DNA of 64,000 nucleotides from Alphaproteobacteria bacterium 65-37 (GTDB lineage: Bacteria > Pseudomonadota > Alphaproteobacteria > Reyranellales > Reyranellaceae): the NCBI GenBank assembly GCA_001897995.1, contig MKRV01000315.1, forward strand, positions 545 through 64,544, given 5' to 3'. Numbering within the stretch: position 1 is the stretch's first letter; each line of letters begins with the position of its first letter. Positions 58,329 to 64,000 of the stretch are shown one piece after another. Under the pieces are notes generated by a model, which worked only from the letters and a program-made list of their open reading frames with translations, was not told the DNA's origin and searched no databases. The position numbers and the translations under genes are program-made.

Positions 58329-59813
58329 TCAGGAACTGCGCACCCGGCGCACCGCGTCCTTCCAGCCGGCGTAGCGGCGGTCGCGCGAGATCGTGTCCTC
58401 GCCCGGCCGGAACGCCCGGTCCAGGACCCAGGTCTTGGAGAGCGAATCCAGCGAAGGCCAGAGCCCGGCCTGCAGGCCCGCCAGGAAGGCGGCGCCCAGG
58501 GCCGTGGTCTCGGTCACTCGGGGGCGCTCCACCGGGGCACCAACCGTGTCGGCCAGCCGCTGCATCAGGGGATCGTTGACCACCATGCCGCCATCAACCC
58601 GCAGCTCGTCGATCTGCGCCCCGTCGCTACGCATCGCCTCGACGAGGTCGCGCGTCTGGTAGCACACCGAATCGAGGGTCGCGGCGGCGATCTCGCCGGG
58701 GCCTGAGTCGCGGGTCAGGCCGAGGATCGCGCCGCGCGCCTCGGCATCCCAGTAGGGAGCACCCAGCCCCACGAAGGCCGGCACCATGTAGACGCCGTGG
58801 ATGTCCTTGGCGCCGCGTGCCAGCGTCTCGACGTCGGCGGACTTGCTGATCAGCCGCAGCCCGTCGCGCAGCCATTGCACCGCCGCCCCGGCGATGAAGA
58901 TGCTGCCCTCCAGCGCATAGGTGCGCCGCCCGTCGAGCTGATAGGCGATGGTGGTGAGTAGCCGCGAGCGCGAATGCACCGCGAGGCTGCCGGTGTTCAG
59001 CAGCGCAAAGCAGCCCGTGCCGTAGGTTGCCTTCACCATGCCGGGACGGATGCAGGCCTGGCCGACAGTCGCGGCCTGCTGGTCGCCCGCCATACCCAGG
59101 ATCGGAACCGGTGCCCCCAGGATATCGGCCGTCGCGACGCCCAGTTCACCCGAGCAGTCGACTACCGTGGGCAGCAGCGAGGCCGGCACGCGCAGCAGCC
59201 GCATCAGCTCGGCATCCCAGGCGCCCTTGCGGATATCGAGCAGCAGCGAGCGGCTGGCGTTGGTGGCGTCGCTGGCATGCACCTTGCCGCCGGTCAGCCG
59301 CCACAGCAGGAAGCATTCGACCGTGCCGGCCGCCAATGCGCCGCGCTCGGCCGCGGCCCGCGCGCCGGCAACATGATCCAAGATCCATTCGATCTTGGTG
59401 CCGGAGAAATACGGATCGAGCAGCAGGCCGGTGCGGTCGGAGAAGATCTTCTCGTGGCCCGCCTGCTTCAGGGCCGCGCAGCGCTCGGCAGTGCGGCGAT
59501 CCTGCCAGACGATGGCGTTGTGCACCGGCTTGCCGGTGGCGCGGTCCCACACGACCGCCGTCTCGCGCTGATTGGTGATGCCGATGCCGGCCAGGGCCGA
59601 CGCCTCGAGCGAGGCTTTGGCGAGCGCGCCGCGGCAGACCTCGACGGTGGCGGACCAGATCTCTTCCGGATCGTGTTCGACCCAACCGGGCCGCGGAAAG
59701 ATCTGCGGCAGCTCTTTCTGCGCGGAAGCGATGGGCCGGCCCGAAGCGTCGAAGACGATGGCGCGGGTGCTGGTCGTGCCCTGGTCGATGGCGAGGATAT
59801 GTCGGCCGGCCAT
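58329..59813 (-). CDS. glpK: Glycerol kinase
   Basis: [70 protein letters not shown]. Confidence 0.97.
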   Translation of the reverse strand: MAGRHILAIDQGTTSTRAIVFDASGRPIASAQKELPQIFPRPGWVEHDPEEIWSATVEVCRGALAKASLEASALAGIGITNQRETAVVWDRATGKPVHNAIVWQDRRTAERCAALKQAGHEKIFSDRTGLLLDPYFSGTKIEWILDHVAGARAAAERGALAAGTVECFLLWRLTGGKVHASDATNASRSLLLDIRKGAWDAELMRLLRVPASLLPTVVDCSGELGVATADILGAPVPILGMAGDQQAATVGQACIRPGMVKATYGTGCFALLNTGSLAVHSRSRLLTTIAYQLDGRRTYALEGSIFIAGAAVQWLRDGLRLISKSADVETLARGAKDIHGVYMVPAFVGLGAPYWDAEARGAILGLTRDSGPGEIAAATLDSVCYQTRDLVEAMRSDGAQIDELRVDGGMVVNDPLMQRLADTVGAPVERPRVTETTALGAAFLAGLQAGLWPSLDSLSKTWVLDRAFRPGEDTISRDRRYAGWKDAVRRVRSS

Positions 59814-59830
59814 CGCGCGCCCTTCAAACG

Positions 59831-60850
59831 TCAGTGGGCGCGGTCGATGGCGAAGTCGACGGCCTCCAGCATCGCGGCCTTGAGCTGCGAGTCGGGAAAG
59901 AGCCCCAGCGCGTCGCGCGCCATGGCGCCGTAATGACGGGCCCGCTCCAGGGTATCGGCCAGCGCGCCGTGGCGCTCGATCAGCGTCTGTGCCTGCTCGA
60001 GGTCGCTGTCGCGCTGGTCGAGCTTCTCGATGGTGCGCTTCCAGAATTCGCGATCGACTGCACCGCCACGCAGGAAAGACAGGATCACCGGCAGGGTAAT
60101 CTTGCCCTCGCGGAAATCGTCGCCGACCGTCTTGCCGAGCTTGGCCTCGCGGCCGGAATAGTCGAGCGCATCGTCGACCAGCTGGAAGGCGATGCCGAGA
60201 TTCATGCCGAAGCTCTCGAGCGCCACCCGCTCCGCGCCGTTGCGGCCGGCCACCATGGCGCCGACTTCGGCAGCGGCGGCGAACAGCTTGGCGGTCTTGG
60301 CCTTGATCACTTCGAGGTAGGTCGCCTCGGGCGTGCTGATGTCGCGCTGGCTGACGAGCTGCAGCACTTCGCCTTCAGCGATCGTCGAGGACGCCCGCGA
60401 CAGCACCCCCAGGATGTCGAGCGAGCCGACATCGACCATCAGCTCGAAGGAGCGCGTGAACAGGAAATCGCCGACCAGCACCGAAGCCTTGTCGCCCCAG
60501 ACGCTGTTGGCCGAGGGCTTGCCGCGGCGCAGCGTACTGACATCGACGACGTCGTCGTGCAGCAGGGTCGCCGAATGGATGAACTCGACACAGGTCGCGA
60601 GCTTGATGTGGCGGTCGCTATTCTCTGCGTAGCCGCACAGCCGGGCAGCCGCCACCGTCAGCAGCGGGCGCATGCGCTTGCCGCCGGCGCCGACGAGATG
60701 GCTGGCAAGTTCGGGAATCAGGGCGACCGGGGAGCGCATCCGGGCCAGGATTTCGCGATCGACCTGCACCATGTCATCGGCACAGAGGGCCAGCAGCGGT
60801 TCGAGACTCGGCGCCTTGCGCTTGCCCTCGAGGGAGACGACGGTTGCCAT
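59831..60850 (-). CDS. ispB: Polyprenyl (octa/decaprenyl) diphosphate synthase
   Basis: [40 protein letters not shown]. Confidence 0.93.
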   Translation of the reverse strand: MATVVSLEGKRKAPSLEPLLALCADDMVQVDREILARMRSPVALIPELASHLVGAGGKRMRPLLTVAAARLCGYAENSDRHIKLATCVEFIHSATLLHDDVVDVSTLRRGKPSANSVWGDKASVLVGDFLFTRSFELMVDVGSLDILGVLSRASSTIAEGEVLQLVSQRDISTPEATYLEVIKAKTAKLFAAAAEVGAMVAGRNGAERVALESFGMNLGIAFQLVDDALDYSGREAKLGKTVGDDFREGKITLPVILSFLRGGAVDREFWKRTIEKLDQRDSDLEQAQTLIERHGALADTLERARHYGAMARDALGLFPDSQLKAAMLEAVDFAIDRAH

Positions 60851-60904
60851 GACGCGAGAGTAACTCTCCGGTAATGCCTGATTGTTGCGACACGATGTCG
60901 TGAG

Positions 60905-61642
60905 ATGATCACTAGCATGGAATTGGAGCCGACCGAAAACGCCCTCCTGGGGGGCCGGGTGCGCCTGCTGCAGCCCGCCCGCGGCTACCGGATCGCCGTC
61001 GACGCGGTTCTCCTGGCGGCCGCGGTCGAGGCGCGGCCGGGTGAGCGCATCCTCGACCTTGGCGCCGGGGTGGCGGCGGTGGGCCTCTGCCTCGCCACAC
61101 GAGTTGCCGGGTGCATGATTCTAGGCATCGAACTGCAGCCTGCCCTGGCCGCCCTGGCGGCTCACAATGCCGCCTTGAACAGGATCGAGGATCGCGTGCG
61201 GACCCTGCAACACGACCTGGCAGATCCCTTGCCGGCGGACCTCGGCCGTTTCGATCACGTGGCGACCAATCCCCCCTACCTGGCGGCCGCCGTGGCCGAT
61301 CCCTCGCCCAATCCGAGCAAGGCACTGGCAACCGTCGAATCGAGCGCCGACCTCGCCCGCTGGCTCGAAGTCGCCGTCGGCGCCCTCGAACCTGCAGGGG
61401 CCCTGACGGCAATTCATCGCAGCGACCGTCTCGAGGAGATCGTGACCCATCTCGCCGCTCTCGGCTGGGGCGACATCACCGTGAAGCGCCTGCCGCCGGC
61501 GGCCCGCGTGCTGGTGCGGGCTCGGCAGAGCGAGCGGCTGCTGCGCCACGAAGCACCGCCCTTTGTCCTGCATCGCACCGGCGGCGGCTACACGGAGGAA
61601 GCCGAAGCGGTGCTGCGCCACGCCCAGCCCCTCGAATTCTAA
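60905..61642 (+). CDS. tRNA1(Val) A37 N6-methyltransferase-like (TrmN6/YfiC)
   Basis: LLGGRVRLLQPARGYR...DAVLLAA, LDLGAGV, NPPY. Start is 60905 or 60917. Confidence 0.85.
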   Translation: MITSMELEPTENALLGGRVRLLQPARGYRIAVDAVLLAAAVEARPGERILDLGAGVAAVGLCLATRVAGCMILGIELQPALAALAAHNAALNRIEDRVRTLQHDLADPLPADLGRFDHVATNPPYLAAAVADPSPNPSKALATVESSADLARWLEVAVGALEPAGALTAIHRSDRLEEIVTHLAALGWGDITVKRLPPAARVLVRARQSERLLRHEAPPFVLHRTGGGYTEEAEAVLRHAQPLEF

Positions 61643-61718
61643 CCTGCAGGTTCTAGCCTGTTGGCCGCCTGTTTCAGGCCGCTTGCCTTCCCGACCCTCG
61701 GCCGCGACAGTGCCGGCC

Positions 61719-62546
61719 ATGCTGAATTGGATCAGGGATCGCTTTCGTCGTGGGCCGGTCGTGCCCGTCGTGCGTCTTTCAGGGGTCATCGCGGCGGGCG
61801 GCATGCTGGGTGGCCGCAGCCTGTCGATCGAGGCCGTGGCGCCCCTGCTGAAGCGCGCCTTCGAGATGCGCGGCGCCAAGGCCGTGGCGCTCGCACTCAA
61901 CTCGCCCGGCGGCTCGCCGGTGCAATCCTCCCTGATCGCTCAGCGCATCCGCCTGCACGCCGCGGAAAAGGGCCTGCCGGTGATCGCCTTCGTCGAGGAC
62001 GTCGCCGCGTCGGGCGGCTACTGGCTCGCCTGCGCGGCCGACGAGATCATCGTCGACCCCAGCTCGATCGTGGGCTCGATCGGCGTCATCAGCGCGGGCT
62101 TCGGTTTCCAGGACCTGCTGGCGCGCATCGGCGTCGAGCGGCGCGTGCATACGTCGGGCGAGCGCAAGGCGATGCTCGACCCTTTTCGCCCCGAGCAGGG
62201 CGACGACATCGATCGGCTGAAACGCCTGCAGGCCGAGATCCATGACGGCTTCAAGGATTGGGTACGCGAGCGTCGGGCCACGAAACTGCGCGGCGACGAG
62301 GCGATGCTCTTTTCCGGCGAGTTCTGGACGGGCAAGCGCGGCCTCGAACTCGGCCTCGCCGACGGCATGGGCGAGCTGCGCGCCACCTTGCAGGCCCGCT
62401 ACGGTGACAAGGTGCGACTGCCGGTGATCGGCCCGCGTCGCCGCCTGCTGCAGCGCTTCGGCCTCAGAACCGGTCTCGGCGAGCTGGGCCCGGCAACCGT
62501 CGCCGCCCTCGAAGAGCGCGGGCATTGGCAGAGATTCGGCCTCTAG
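61719..62546 (+). CDS. S49 family peptidase (SppA/SohB-like)
   Basis: LNSPGGSPVQS, EDVAASGGYWLACAADEI, SIVGSIGV, FSGEFWTG. Confidence 0.92.
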   Translation: MLNWIRDRFRRGPVVPVVRLSGVIAAGGMLGGRSLSIEAVAPLLKRAFEMRGAKAVALALNSPGGSPVQSSLIAQRIRLHAAEKGLPVIAFVEDVAASGGYWLACAADEIIVDPSSIVGSIGVISAGFGFQDLLARIGVERRVHTSGERKAMLDPFRPEQGDDIDRLKRLQAEIHDGFKDWVRERRATKLRGDEAMLFSGEFWTGKRGLELGLADGMGELRATLQARYGDKVRLPVIGPRRRLLQRFGLRTGLGELGPATVAALEERGHWQRFGL

Positions 62547-62557
62547 GAGATATCGAG

Positions 62558-63013
62558 ATGAACCTTCGTGACCCCGTTCGCCCCGACGACCTTGCCGCCG
62601 TGCGCCAGTGGTTCGACACGCTGTCGAAGCATTGCCGCACTGTCGACTACGAAGGCGCGCGGCCGATCTTCGCCGACGACATGATCGCCTTCGGCACCTT
62701 CACCGACTTCATGATCGGCCGTGATCTCGCTGAACAGAAGCAGTGGCGCAATGTCTGGGGAACGATCCGCGAGTTCCGCTACGACCTCGACAAGATCGAG
62801 GCCATCGTCTCGGCCGACCGGCTCACCGCCGTCGGCATGGGCGTATGGCAGTCCGACGGCTTCCATCCCAACGGCGACAAGTTCGACCGTCCGGGCCGCA
62901 CCACGGTCGTGCTCGGTCGCAAGGCCGTCGGCGATCCGTTCGTCGCCACCCATACCCACATGTCGCTGTTCCGCGGCACGCCGGACCAGAGCTACGGGAA
63001 GTTTACCAAGTGA
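62558..63013 (+). CDS. NTF2/SnoaL-like (YybH/DUF4440) protein
   Basis: AGGAG RBS; VDYEGARPIFADDMIAFGT, QWRNVW, RPGRTT, HTHMSL. Confidence 0.7.
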   Translation: MNLRDPVRPDDLAAVRQWFDTLSKHCRTVDYEGARPIFADDMIAFGTFTDFMIGRDLAEQKQWRNVWGTIREFRYDLDKIEAIVSADRLTAVGMGVWQSDGFHPNGDKFDRPGRTTVVLGRKAVGDPFVATHTHMSLFRGTPDQSYGKFTK

Positions 63014-63017
63014 CGCT

Positions 63018-63051
63018 TTCCCCGGAGCGCCAAAGAAGGCGCTCCGGGGGA
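63018..63051. terminator. GC-rich hairpin between convergent genes
   Basis: TTCCCCGGAGCGCC-AAAGAA-GGCGCTCCGGGGAA forms a 14-bp perfect stem; part of the right arm (CTCCGGGGAA) is duplicated just downstream. Confidence 0.7.
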
Positions 63052-63069
63052 AGACTCCGGGGAATGCCC

Positions 63070-63390
63070 TCAGGCCGCGGTCGAGAGCTTCAGCCCGATG
63101 ATGCCGGCCACGATCAGGCCGATCGAGACCAGCCGCCAGAAGTCGGTCGAGTCACCGAACAGGAAGATGCCGAGGATCGCCGTGCCGACCGCGCCGATGC
63201 CGGTCCACACCGCATAGCCCGTGCCGACCGGCAGGGTCTTGAGCGCAATGCCGAGCAGCACGACGCTGACGATCATCGCCGCCCCCGTCAGGACCGAGGG
63301 CACGAGGCGAGAGAAACCATCGGTATATTTCAACCCGATCGCCCAGCCGATCTCGCAGATACCGGCAACGAACAGAATAAGCCAAGCCAT
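63070..63390 (-). CDS. sugE: SMR family guanidinium exporter Gdx (SugE)
   Basis: [42 protein letters not shown]. Preceded by a guanidine-II riboswitch. Confidence 0.93.
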   Translation of the reverse strand: MAWLILFVAGICEIGWAIGLKYTDGFSRLVPSVLTGAAMIVSVVLLGIALKTLPVGTGYAVWTGIGAVGTAILGIFLFGDSTDFWRLVSIGLIVAGIIGLKLSTAA

Positions 63391-63410
63391 GGGACGCACC
63401 CTTTGCAAGA

Positions 63411-63462
63411 CGCCGGGTCGTCCCGACACTTGCCCGTGTAAAGGCGGGGCCGTCCCCGCCGG
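63411..63462 (-). ncRNA. Guanidine-II (mini-ykkC) riboswitch
   Basis: Minus strand GGCGGGG-ACGG-CCCCGCC, a 17-nt linker, then (GT)CGGG-ACGA-CCCG(GC). Two ACGR-tetraloop hairpins lie about 20 nt before the gdx ATG. Confidence 0.9.
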
Positions 63463-63534
63463 GCGCGCACTCAGGTAATCAATTAGGCCAGCAATGGCAA
63501 GGAGTTACATCCATGTAACCTGGGGCCTGCAACT

Positions 63535-64000
63535 TCAGGCCGGATCGAGGGCGCCCTTGCGTTCGATGATCAGCCGATACTGGTCGGGCTGTCGATGGAC
63601 AGCAAAATTGAAGGTCGTCGTCTTGTAGCTCTTGCCGGCATCGAGGTCGCAGCGGTGCACGATCAGCTCGTCGCCCTCGCCTGCGGCCCTCGCCACCACC
63701 TTGCCCGACGGCGCCACGATCATGCTGTCGGCCAGCGACGGCACGCCCTCCTCCGTCCCGCCTTTGGCGACGCCCACCACCCAGGTGCCGTTCTGATAAG
63801 CGCCCGACTGCATGGAGAGCTGGTTGTGGAACCAGGAATGCTCGTCGTGATCCGGCGCCGGCGCGTTGTGCAGCGGCGTGTTGTAGCCGAGCAGCACCAT
63901 CTCGACATTCTGCAGGCCCATCACGCGATAAGTCTCGGGCCAGCGGCGGTCGTTGCAGATGCACATCCCCATGTTGCCGCCGAACGCCTTGACCACTGGG
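63535..64000 (-). CDS. N-carbamoyl-D-amino-acid amidohydrolase (nitrilase superfamily), 3' part only
   Basis: GMCICNDRRWPETYRVMGLQ, GYNTP.HN, GAYQNGTWVVGVAKGG.EEG, IVAPSG. The start lies beyond the window end. Confidence 0.88.
   Translation of the reverse strand, partial: PVVKAFGGNMGMCICNDRRWPETYRVMGLQNVEMVLLGYNTPLHNAPAPDHDEHSWFHNQLSMQSGAYQNGTWVVGVAKGGTEEGVPSLADSMIVAPSGKVVARAAGEGDELIVHRCDLDAGKSYKTTTFNFAVHRQPDQYRLIIERKGALDPA

Overview
GC-rich alphaproteobacterial chromosome segment. Gene order, the Bug-family binding protein and the autotransporter style suggest a Reyranella-like/Rhodospirillales organism (inference). Most of the window is conserved core: polA, pckA, the chvI-chvG-hprK-rapZ-EIIA-HPr-ahcY-tsaE-amgK-murU-addB-addA-trxA cluster, folC-accD, trpAB, trpF-pyrF, glpK and ispB. 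Two accessory regions stand out. (1) At 1-2.6 kb is a decayed island at the 3' end of a tRNA-Gln. It holds a large-serine-recombinase C-terminal remnant, a frameshifted autotransporter beta-barrel remnant, and the start of a Gly-rich secreted protein that the ORF track missed. (2) At 47.8-56.1 kb is a tightly coupled minus-strand operon lying between trpF/rid and trpB: GntR, an NCS2-like permease, a stand-alone allophanate-hydrolase-C/GGCT-like domain, a cysteine hydrolase with triuret-hydrolase (TrtA) signature residues, then DUF2877, FdrA, DUF1116 and carbamate kinase (the E. coli yahE-F-G-I order). This is the best candidate for an undescribed system: an ATP-yielding, carbamoyl-transfer route for triuret/biuret-type compounds. 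The pathway is inferred, not shown. Two riboswitches are visible: yybP-ykoY (Mn) before a UPF0016 exporter and guanidine-II before gdx/sugE. No database search or computation was run; family assignments rest on motifs I recognise.
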